A stretch of 64,000 bases of DNA from Puniceicoccaceae bacterium (lineage in GTDB: Bacteria > Verrucomicrobiota > Verrucomicrobiia > Opitutales > Oceanipulchritudinaceae). Where the stretch lies: NCBI GenBank assembly GCA_040830765.1, contig JBFOMH010000005.1:64001-128000 (forward strand). The letters are read 5' to 3'. Shown piece by piece: positions 55,980-64,000 of this stretch. A program made the position numbers and the translations under genes. Each line of letters opens with the position of its first letter. The first letter of the stretch is position 1. The notes below the pieces were generated by a model. The model was not told the origin of the DNA. It was given only the letters and a program-made list of their open reading frames with translations, and searched no databases.

Positions 55980-57743
55980 TTACCTCTGGTAGACTTTTCT
56001 CTCCTTGTACTTGGTGTGCAGCAGCTTTTCAGAAAGCTCGCCCAGCGGTTCTCCAAGGAACTCCTTGTAGACCCGCTTGATCTCCGGGTTCTCGTGGGAA
56101 AAGCGGACCTCAAGGTCGTGGTCCTCATTGTAGAGGCCCTCCATGCGCTGGGAGCGTATCTTGTCATTAACCCCATAGGGCTGACCACCCCCACCGATGC
56201 ATCCACCCCGGCAGGCCATGACCTCGATGAAGTGGTACGGCGTTTCCTCGCCATTTTCGCGGGCTTCGCGAACCTTGTCCATCACCTTGTCAACATTGGC
56301 CATTCCGTGGGCAACGGCCACCCGGATGGTGGTTCCCTTGATGTCCACTGTCGCTTCCTTGACCCCTTCCAGTCCGCGTACCGGTTGAATGTCGATGGCA
56401 TCCTGAGGCAGGTTTTCGCCCGTGACGAAGTAATAGCCCGTCCGCAAGGCGGCCTCCATGACACCACCGGTCGTGCCAAAGATTGTCCCCGCTCCGGTAT
56501 ATTCCCCAAGGATGGAGTCGGCATCCTCGTCCGGCAACTCGTCAAAGGCCAGGCCGGTCTGCTTGATTAACCGGGCCAGCTCACGGGTGGTCAGGGTCAC
56601 GTCGACGTCCTGGTGGCCGGAAGCAAACATCTCATCGGTACGTTCCAGCTCATACTTCTTGGCCGTACAGGGCATGATGGAGACCTGGAAGTGCTTTGCC
56701 GGATCAATGCCCATTTTTTCGGAGTAATAGGTTTTGGCCATCACCCCGAGCATCTGCTGCGGACTCTTGGCCGTGGAGAAGTTGGCGACAAAGTCATGAT
56801 GGAATTTTTCCATGTAATCCGTCCACGCCGGGCAGCAGGAGGTTATCAAGGGCAGCGGTCCCTTGTTGTGGGCAAAACGCTGCACAAACTCCGTGGCCTC
56901 CTCCATAATCGTCAAGTCGGCCGAGAAGTTGGTATCAAAGACCGCCTTGAAGCCCATCCGCCTCAGCACCGCATAGATGCGCCGGTTGAGGTTGGTTCCC
57001 GGCGGATAGCCGAATTCCTCGCCCAGGGCCACACGGACACTCGGGGCGATCTGGACTGTGCAGTACTTTTCCTCGTCGCGAAGCGCCCGCCAGACTGTTG
57101 CTGTCTCATCGTTCTCGACAATGGCACCCGTCGGGCAATGGGCGGCGCACTGGCCACACTTGATACAGGGGGATTCAGCAAGGGAAATATCACCCGCCGG
57201 AGCCATCCGGGTCTTGATGCCGCGTTCAAGGAACGACAGCGCCCAGACGTTCTGCATCTCCTGGCATACCTGGATGCACCGTCCACACTTGATGCACTTC
57301 GTGAAGTCGATGGAGATGGAACCGTTGGACTTGTCCGGCTCGATCTCTGGAACATAGCGCTTGAACCGGTCATCCCGGATGCAGAATTCACCGGCGAGGG
57401 TCTGCAGCTCGCAATTGCCGTTCCTGCCGCAAGTGAGGCAGGAGTTGGGATGATTGGAGATGATTAACTCAAGGACGGTCCGGCGGATGGAGGTGAGCTC
57501 GCCATCATTGGTGGTGATCTCCATTCCTTCCTCCAGTGGCGTGGCACAGGCCCGTTGCATCTTTGCCCGTCCGGAGATCTTGACGATGCAGAGACCACAC
57601 GCGGCCGTTGGCAACAAGTCGGGATGCTTGCAGAGGGAGGGGATCTTAATCCCGATCATCCGGGCGGCATCAAGGATACTGGTACCGTAGGGCACTTCGA
57701 CGGCAACATTGTTTATTTTGGCCTTAACTATTTCTTGAATCAT
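55980..57743 (-). CDS. hydA: [FeFe]-hydrogenase group A catalytic (alpha) subunit
   Basis: H-cluster motifs TSCCPAW, MPCTAKKYE and EVMACRGGCIGGGGQP; N-terminal [2Fe-2S], His-ligated [4Fe-4S] (HPNSCLTC...C) and two CxxCxxCxxxC motifs. Confidence 0.97.
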   Translation of the reverse strand: MIQEIVKAKINNVAVEVPYGTSILDAARMIGIKIPSLCKHPDLLPTAACGLCIVKISGRAKMQRACATPLEEGMEITTNDGELTSIRRTVLELIISNHPNSCLTCGRNGNCELQTLAGEFCIRDDRFKRYVPEIEPDKSNGSISIDFTKCIKCGRCIQVCQEMQNVWALSFLERGIKTRMAPAGDISLAESPCIKCGQCAAHCPTGAIVENDETATVWRALRDEEKYCTVQIAPSVRVALGEEFGYPPGTNLNRRIYAVLRRMGFKAVFDTNFSADLTIMEEATEFVQRFAHNKGPLPLITSCCPAWTDYMEKFHHDFVANFSTAKSPQQMLGVMAKTYYSEKMGIDPAKHFQVSIMPCTAKKYELERTDEMFASGHQDVDVTLTTRELARLIKQTGLAFDELPDEDADSILGEYTGAGTIFGTTGGVMEAALRTGYYFVTGENLPQDAIDIQPVRGLEGVKEATVDIKGTTIRVAVAHGMANVDKVMDKVREARENGEETPYHFIEVMACRGGCIGGGGQPYGVNDKIRSQRMEGLYNEDHDLEVRFSHENPEIKRVYKEFLGEPLGELSEKLLHTKYKERKVYQR

Positions 57744-57761
57744 TTTCGAAATCTCCGGTGA

Positions 57762-59720
57762 TCAGTTAGAAGCCATGGCGGCCTCAGCTTGCTGCTTCTT
57801 CATTTTGCGGGCATAGGCGGCCCCGCCCTCGATGTAAGCCATGTATTCGTCCTCGAAGTAGCGCAGGGTCGAGAGGACAGGATTGGGAGCCGTCTGTCCC
57901 AATCCGCAGAGCGAGGCGTTCTGCATGCAGTGGCAAATCCGGCGCAAGTCGTCGATGTTGCCGGCTACTCCACGGCCGCGATAAATCTGGTCGAGCAACT
58001 TCAGCATCTGGTATCCCCCAATGCGGCAGGGAGCACACTTCCCGCAGGATTCATCGACGCAGAACTCGAGATAAAACTTCGCCACATCAACCATGGAGTC
58101 GCGCTCGTCCATAACCAGCATCCCTCCGGAGCCCATGATCGAACCGAGTACCTGGAGGTCTTCATAACTGACCCCGGTATCCAGATGCTTCTGGGGAATG
58201 ACACCTCCAGACGGCCCACCGGTCTGGACCCCCTTGATATCGACATCATTCAATGCCCCACCGCAAATGTCCTCGATGATCGTCCGGATGGGTGTTCCCA
58301 TGGGTACTTCAACCAATTGGGAGTTCTTCACCTTCCCGGTCACCGCAAAAACTTTTGTCCCCTTGGACTTTTCCGTCCCACGGGAAGCAAACCACTCCGC
58401 ACCATTCTCGTAGATGGCGGCAACCGCGGCCAGGGTCTCGACGTTGTTGATCGAGGTTGGCTTTCCCCACAAGCCTTTCACCGAGGGGTATGGTGGACGT
58501 GGTTCCGGACTGCCCCGGCGTCCTTCAATGGAGGCAATCAAGGCCGTCTCCTCACCACAGACAAAAGCCCCGGCACCAAGCCGGACCTCGGCATCAAAGC
58601 AAAAGTCCGTCCCGAGGATGTTCTCCCCAATGAGGCCCTTTTCACGGGCCTGATCGATGGCCTGCTGAATGCGTTCCACGGCCAGCGGGTATTCTGCCCG
58701 GATGTAGAAAAATCCTTTACTGGCACCGATGCAGTAGGCCGCGATCATCAGGCCCTCGAGTACGGAATGGGGATCGCTCTCGAGCACGCTCCGGTCCATG
58801 AATGCGCCCGGATCCCCTTCGTCGGCGTTGCAGATGACATACTTCTGGTCGGCCGCGGGCTCCCGGGTCAGGTTCCATTTGAGCCAGGTCGGGAAGCCCG
58901 CCCCACCCCGGCCGCGGAGTCCACTCTGTTTCATTTCCTCAATGGCTTCTTCAGGACTCAATCCGGACAAGACGCGCTTCAAGCCGGTGTAGCCTTTGGC
59001 AAAGAGATAGGACTCGATGTTGTCCGGATCAATGTGTCCGCAATTCCGAAGAACCACCCGGTCCTGTGGATCCAGCACATCAACCAGCAGGTCCTCGACG
59101 ATTTTTTTCTCAACGAGACTGGTCTTGATGATCCGTCGCAGGTCCGGGGAAACCAAATCGGCATACGTCACCCCTGAGGGCAGCAGCTGCACGCACAGTC
59201 CCCGGTTGTACATTCGCATGTCGAGGGCCCGGTGCACGTGCACCTTGTCCGCCAGTCCGTGAACCGCCAGCTCCTCCTGGAGGGTCTGTTGATAGAAAGC
59301 GGTCCTGTCTTCTCCCTCCGTCGAGGTGTCCTTGACCAGGATGACAACCTGATCCTCCCCTTTCAGGTCCAGGCTGCGCTTGCGCATGGCCATTACCCGG
59401 TCGTCCAGCATCGAGTTCTCATGTCCCAGTTTCTCAATAAGATTTTCCGCATCTTCCGGGGTCATGGCGCCGTAGACAATCCGGGGGCAAATGTCGCTGC
59501 CGACAATCAACACCGGATCGGCATAGGCATATCCCAATGAACCCGTCCGCTGGATGTCCACATCCAGTCCCGACTTGTCACGGGCCTGGCAAAGGGCGTC
59601 ATAGACGTCCTGGGCTCCGGCGGCAAGACCTCCAGTATCCATGCCAACACGGATCCACTTGTGGGCCTGTTGGCGCGGCTGGGCGTAGGTTTCAAATGAT
59701 TCAAACGTCATGGTGCTCAT
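57762..59720 (-). CDS. hydB: NuoF-like FMN/NAD(H)-binding (beta) subunit of the hydrogenase
   Basis: SGLRGRGGAGFPT, CNADEGDPGAFMDR, GAGAFVCGEETAL, NNVET, GGPSGG, ESCGKCAPCR...SLCGLG. Confidence 0.93.
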   Translation of the reverse strand: MSTMTFESFETYAQPRQQAHKWIRVGMDTGGLAAGAQDVYDALCQARDKSGLDVDIQRTGSLGYAYADPVLIVGSDICPRIVYGAMTPEDAENLIEKLGHENSMLDDRVMAMRKRSLDLKGEDQVVILVKDTSTEGEDRTAFYQQTLQEELAVHGLADKVHVHRALDMRMYNRGLCVQLLPSGVTYADLVSPDLRRIIKTSLVEKKIVEDLLVDVLDPQDRVVLRNCGHIDPDNIESYLFAKGYTGLKRVLSGLSPEEAIEEMKQSGLRGRGGAGFPTWLKWNLTREPAADQKYVICNADEGDPGAFMDRSVLESDPHSVLEGLMIAAYCIGASKGFFYIRAEYPLAVERIQQAIDQAREKGLIGENILGTDFCFDAEVRLGAGAFVCGEETALIASIEGRRGSPEPRPPYPSVKGLWGKPTSINNVETLAAVAAIYENGAEWFASRGTEKSKGTKVFAVTGKVKNSQLVEVPMGTPIRTIIEDICGGALNDVDIKGVQTGGPSGGVIPQKHLDTGVSYEDLQVLGSIMGSGGMLVMDERDSMVDVAKFYLEFCVDESCGKCAPCRIGGYQMLKLLDQIYRGRGVAGNIDDLRRICHCMQNASLCGLGQTAPNPVLSTLRYFEDEYMAYIEGGAAYARKMKKQQAEAAMASN

Positions 59721-60223
59721 TTCGCTTTCTCCTTAACCTGCAAAGCTTCCTCAATATCGTTGGTCCGCAGTCTCCCGAAGGTCTTGCCATCGACTACCAT
59801 TGCCGGCGACATGCCGCAGCAACCGATGCAGCGGACGGTCTCAAGGTGATACTTGCGGTCCTCCGTGGTCAGTCCGGCCTTTACCTCCAACCGGGTCTCC
59901 ACCTCCTTGAGAATATTGGCCCCACCCTTCAGATAACAGGCCGTTCCCGTGCAAACCATTACGTCATGCTCACCCGGGGGAACAAGGCGGAAGTAATTGT
60001 AGAAAGTAATGACTTCATAGATACGGGCCAGACTGATCTCGAGGATCCGGGCCAACTCCATGGCCATGTCCCGAGGAACATACCCTTCCGCGTTCTGGAT
60101 CGAGTGCAGGATCATGATCAGGTTGCCCTCCCGATCCTTCCATTTGTCCGAATGCTCACGCACCTTCCGACGCAATGCCTCAAGACCCTCAATCGGGTAA
60201 TCCAATTCAGCTGACATACTCAT
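59717..60223 (-). CDS. hydC: NuoE-like [2Fe-2S] (gamma) subunit of the hydrogenase
   Basis: VCTGTACYLKG and RCIGCCGMSP; ATG 60223 preceded by GAAAGGGA RBS; ATGA overlap with hydB. Confidence 0.92.
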   Translation of the reverse strand: MSMSAELDYPIEGLEALRRKVREHSDKWKDREGNLIMILHSIQNAEGYVPRDMAMELARILEISLARIYEVITFYNYFRLVPPGEHDVMVCTGTACYLKGGANILKEVETRLEVKAGLTTEDRKYHLETVRCIGCCGMSPAMVVDGKTFGRLRTNDIEEALQVKEKAK

Positions 60224-60361
60224 TTGGTAATCCCTTTCATGCCGCGGTTTTATCAAACCGTTGCCAAACTGAAAGGAATTTCCAATCAGCAATGCTTATT
60301 AAGCGACCTGCTTAAAGTAAGAATAACTTATCCTAATTCAGCTGCCAGGTATCCGCCCCAC

Positions 60362-62074
60362 CTACTTGATATAACCCATATTCTCAAGCTTCACCAGTAT
60401 CCGCTGGGCGGCCAGCTCCGGGGACAGCTTCTGGGTATCAATGACCAAATCGGCTGTTTCCGGCTCCTCGTAGGGATCATCAATCCCGGTGAACTCCTTG
60501 ATCAACCCGGCCCGAGCCTTGGCATAAAGCCCCTTGCGGTCACGCTTTTCACAGACTTCAAGCGGTGTGGAGACGTAAATCAGGACAAATCCGCCCACAG
60601 CCTCCACCATCTGACGGACCTTGCGCCGGGTCACCCGGTAGGGGGCGATTGGTGCGCACACCGCAATGCCGCCATTCTTGGTGATCTCGGAGGCCACATA
60701 GCCAATCCTCTCGATATTTAAATTGCGGTGTTCCTTGGAGAAGCCCAGCTCGCTGGAGAGGTGCTTGCGGACAAGGTCCCCGTCGAGCAGGGTCACCCGG
60801 CGCCCCCCGATTTCCAGCAGCTTGACCAGGAGGGCATTGGCAATGGTTGACTTCCCGGAACCGGAGAGCCCGGTAAAGAAAATCGTCAGCCCCTGCTTGT
60901 GCCGGGGTGGATACATCTTGCGCAGTTCCTCGATGATCTCCGGATAGGAGAACCAATCCGGGATTTCCAGGCCCTCGGCCAACCTCCGGCGGAATTCCGA
61001 ACCGGTAATGGTCTTGATTTTCATGTCCGGGGTTGTCTTGTCGACGGGGATATACTGTGCCTTGTCCTCGGCGTAGACCATCTGCTGGAACGGCACCAGT
61101 GAGATGTCCATCTCCTTCTCGTGCTTGGTAAAGAGTTCCTGGGCCTCATAAGGGCCATAGTAGGGGGTACCGTCCGGAGCCTTGCCCGGTCCAGCGTGGT
61201 CTCGCCCGACGATGAAGTGGGTACAGCCGAAATTCTTGCGGATCAGCCCGTGCCAGACTGCCTCGCGCGGGCCAGCCATGCGCATGGCAAGGTTGAGCAG
61301 ACTGAGGGTGGTCGTCTGTTCCGGATAATGCTCGAGGATTTTCTCGTAGCAGCGCACCCGCGTGTAATGATCCACATCACCCTTGCGGGTCATGCCGACA
61401 ACCGGATGGATCAGCAGGTTGGCCTCGTTTTCATGCGCGGCCCGGAAACTCAACTCCTGATGCGCCCGGTGCATCGGGTTGCGAGTCTGGAAAGCGACCA
61501 CCTTGCGCCAGCCCAGCTTGCGAAAGCGACCCCGTAATTCCGAGGGGCTGTCCCGTAACAACTTGAAGTCGTAGTGCGTCGGCGGCTCAAGTCCGCGCAA
61601 TGTTCCCCCGACATAAACGTCATGGGAATGATGCATCAGGTAGTCGACCCCCGGATGCTCGTCGATTTCTGTCCCGAAGACCGCATTGGCCTCGGCCAGC
61701 TTGTCCACTTTCCAGATGTCTGAGACCGAAAGGATGGCAATGGCGACACCTTCACTGTCCCGGAGAACAACTTCTTCGCCCGAGGACAGGGAGTCGGCGA
61801 ATTCCTCCGTTACATCCAGATTGATGGGAATCGGCCACAGCAGGCCCGACTGCAGCCGCATGTCGGCGAGCACGCCCTTGTAGTCCGCCTCACTTAAAAA
61901 CCCCTCCAGCGGGGAGAAGGCTCCATTGAGGATCATCTCCGCGTCACACAGTTGGCGGGCCGTCAGGTCCCACGATTTGAGTTCTCTGACTTTTTCCTTT
62001 TCCGCCTCAGCGGCAGACTCACCCAGATACAATTCCCTGAGGACGCCTCCATGTGGTTCCTTGAATGCTCCCAT
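60362..62074 (-). CDS. sat: Bifunctional sulfate adenylyltransferase / adenylylsulfate kinase (Sat-CysC fusion)
   Basis: AFQTRNPMHRAH and GRDHAG (ATP sulfurylase); FTGLSGSGKST, LLDGD, RDRKGLYAKARAG (APS kinase). Confidence 0.96.
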   Translation of the reverse strand: MGAFKEPHGGVLRELYLGESAAEAEKEKVRELKSWDLTARQLCDAEMILNGAFSPLEGFLSEADYKGVLADMRLQSGLLWPIPINLDVTEEFADSLSSGEEVVLRDSEGVAIAILSVSDIWKVDKLAEANAVFGTEIDEHPGVDYLMHHSHDVYVGGTLRGLEPPTHYDFKLLRDSPSELRGRFRKLGWRKVVAFQTRNPMHRAHQELSFRAAHENEANLLIHPVVGMTRKGDVDHYTRVRCYEKILEHYPEQTTTLSLLNLAMRMAGPREAVWHGLIRKNFGCTHFIVGRDHAGPGKAPDGTPYYGPYEAQELFTKHEKEMDISLVPFQQMVYAEDKAQYIPVDKTTPDMKIKTITGSEFRRRLAEGLEIPDWFSYPEIIEELRKMYPPRHKQGLTIFFTGLSGSGKSTIANALLVKLLEIGGRRVTLLDGDLVRKHLSSELGFSKEHRNLNIERIGYVASEITKNGGIAVCAPIAPYRVTRRKVRQMVEAVGGFVLIYVSTPLEVCEKRDRKGLYAKARAGLIKEFTGIDDPYEEPETADLVIDTQKLSPELAAQRILVKLENMGYIK

Positions 62075-62191
62075 ATCTAATTTCCTTTCCAGCTCACTCC
62101 GGTAACGGGGTTTCGCTACAAGGTTTCATAGGGATTGCCGGGAAAATGACAAGCCTGCACCTTCCCGGGGCCCGTTGGCCCGGACGGATAC

Positions 62192-63802
62192 TCAGCGGAC
62201 GGAGCGCTTGGACCGGTTGTAGGATCCCTTACCGGGTTGGCTGAGAATGGATGGTGCCGGCGCTGGAGGCGGATCCGCCGGTGAAGCAATCTGGTAGAAG
62301 ACCGGAGAACCTCCGGAGGTATCCAGATCAAACTCTAGGTATCCATCCGCACGCGGACGGACCGTGCCATCTACCGACCATCCGGAGAGGGTTGAAGAGG
62401 ATTGCAACCCATAGTCCACCGGAGGAACCAGCCCCACCGAAGTAAAACGGATGGTGCCGCCACCGATGTTTTGCCCAATGAACGCCATGGTATCGATGGC
62501 TGTGTCCGGACTCGGATCCATGAGAACAGAGCGCAAATACCGGTTCATCTCGTTCAAGACCGAATGAACCAGGGGCATGCGGTGAGCCAAGGGCTCTTCA
62601 GTGTCCTCAAAAAACAAATACTCAGCCCCGAAGCCATCCAGTCTGGTCTTCAGGACATCCATCTGGTGGTGTGCATGCTTGTCATCATTATTGATCGTCA
62701 GGAAAAGCGGATAGCCCGGGTCCGCCGTCAGAAAGTCGATTGCCCCGTGATATTCCCAGCGGTCGTAATTGCTCTCTATCGAGCCCCAGGCATCCGTGTA
62801 GGTGCCAAGATTGGGATCATCTTCCAGGAGATCAATGTAGGTAAAGCGACCGGACATGATAACCGCTCCCTGCACGGAAGCTGACTCACTCGGATAGGTA
62901 CCCTTGTTCACTGATGCCTCGGCAATGGGGATAACCGTTGTCGGTGACAGGTAAAGATACCATTCATCCACCAACTCCGTGGTCACCGCCATCAGGGCGA
63001 CCCCGCTGCCACGGGAAAAGCCCATTGTCGCAACCCGGCCATTGAGACCGAGGGAAGCCGATTGACCACGCATCGCCCGAACCGCCGCACGGACAATCCA
63101 TGCGCTTTGGGGAACAGGATCGATGCCACTGTAACCTCCCTGGACCGGATGGTCCGCCATCGCCACGGCAAATCCCTCGCTGGCCTGCCCCGAAAGAATC
63201 GAGTCATGGGTGAAGGCCATCGAGAAATTCCCCATGCGGTTTACGTTGTCGGCCGAGAACTGGACCAGCGACCCAACCGGAATGACCGGATTTGACGGGT
63301 AGATGACATCCATCCCATAAAGGGTCCCGCTGTTATCGTAGTAAATCAAGTCCCGCAGCAGCCGGCACCCGCCCGGCACGATGAAGATGTGCGCCGCATC
63401 CATTTCATAACCAACCGGAAACCGGGTGGCCACGCCATCGGTCTGATCGTTGAGAATCTGGTCTCGGATGTTGAACAAATCCCGGTTCAGGAATGGTACC
63501 CGGGCCTGCGCATGCTCACCATAGTCCATCGTGATAACCAGCATGCCGTCTGCCAGAAAACTGTTGATGATGTCCACATCAGGCTCCGTCCCAACACGTG
63601 GGGAAGAAAGGTTTTGCAGGTAAATGACTGTCTCCTGCACCGCTCCCGCATCAGCACCCTCCGGAAGGATCGCCGTCCGCTCAATCAGCGTGCCCGTCGC
63701 CTCGCTGCTCCAGCTGCCCAATACCGTCTCCGTCGGTTGCGACAGGATGGAATTGGTCACAATGGTCAAAACTCCGGCCAGGAAGAGGCATTTTCGTCCC
63801 AT
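62192..63802 (-). CDS. Secreted alpha/beta-hydrolase fold protein
   Basis: Signal peptide; nucleophile elbow MGFSRGSG; later Asp and His candidates (NNDDKH, AHRMP); C-terminal beta module with a Pro-rich, basic tail. Confidence 0.7.
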   Translation of the reverse strand: MGRKCLFLAGVLTIVTNSILSQPTETVLGSWSSEATGTLIERTAILPEGADAGAVQETVIYLQNLSSPRVGTEPDVDIINSFLADGMLVITMDYGEHAQARVPFLNRDLFNIRDQILNDQTDGVATRFPVGYEMDAAHIFIVPGGCRLLRDLIYYDNSGTLYGMDVIYPSNPVIPVGSLVQFSADNVNRMGNFSMAFTHDSILSGQASEGFAVAMADHPVQGGYSGIDPVPQSAWIVRAAVRAMRGQSASLGLNGRVATMGFSRGSGVALMAVTTELVDEWYLYLSPTTVIPIAEASVNKGTYPSESASVQGAVIMSGRFTYIDLLEDDPNLGTYTDAWGSIESNYDRWEYHGAIDFLTADPGYPLFLTINNDDKHAHHQMDVLKTRLDGFGAEYLFFEDTEEPLAHRMPLVHSVLNEMNRYLRSVLMDPSPDTAIDTMAFIGQNIGGGTIRFTSVGLVPPVDYGLQSSSTLSGWSVDGTVRPRADGYLEFDLDTSGGSPVFYQIASPADPPPAPAPSILSQPGKGSYNRSKRSVR

Positions 63803-64000
63803 TCACTCAGCCAAATGATGATACCCATTAAATCAATTCTCAAATTCATGATATTTCATGAAATAAGAACCGGGACGCGTTTGATTCCCTCTAGCTTAAC
63901 CCATTTCAGGAAGCGTACTTGGCATAGAATGCCTTCATGTCCTCACAGAGCTGCTTGCGGCTTTCGGCCCACGTATAGAACATGTGTCCACCTGGATAGT

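Noticed and set aside
57789..59177. Long antisense ORFs (462 aa here; also 44022-45224 and 56613-57467)
   Set aside because: Shadow frames of well-supported genes on the opposite strand, typical of GC-rich codon usage.
57762..60223. Respiratory complex I nuoEF
   Set aside because: The genes are directly coupled to an H-cluster hydA, and no other nuo genes are present.
60245..60260. CGGTTT-tatc-AAACCG palindrome upstream of hydC as an FNR or Rex site
   Set aside because: Only a TTGAT half-site is present; it matches neither full consensus.

Overview
Gene-dense bacterial chromosomal segment of moderately high GC. PEP-CTERM proteins, many modular secreted proteins and a Gram-negative envelope (TonB receptors, an Mla/Pqi ABC system) suggest Verrucomicrobiota (Opitutales/Puniceicoccaceae-like); this taxonomy is inference. 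I saw no rRNA, tRNA, CRISPR array, integrase or transposase. All family calls come from motif recognition by eye, not database searches. Main signals: (1) Nine unrelated secreted proteins plus one orphan ORF end in Trp/Tyr/Gly-rich C-terminal modules of two types that lack a TM helix, a candidate sorting/surface-anchoring system that appears interchangeable with PEP-CTERM. (2) 40.4-51.0 kb holds two Endonuclease I-family nucleases, an Oar-like TonB receptor, a repeat surface protein and two PEP-CTERM proteins, resembling an extracellular nucleic-acid utilisation locus. (3) 51.2-62.1 kb joins a fused ATP sulfurylase/APS kinase to a trimeric group A [FeFe]-hydrogenase with an atypical beta subunit, a DMT transporter and an OprC-like TonB receptor, converging on a Cys-motif FAD oxidoreductase plus a stand-alone cNMP-binding protein. 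Smaller items include a DUF4266/DUF3570/thioredoxin trio without apbE and a Tat-type PLP enzyme facing a signal-peptide-bearing Rid protein.
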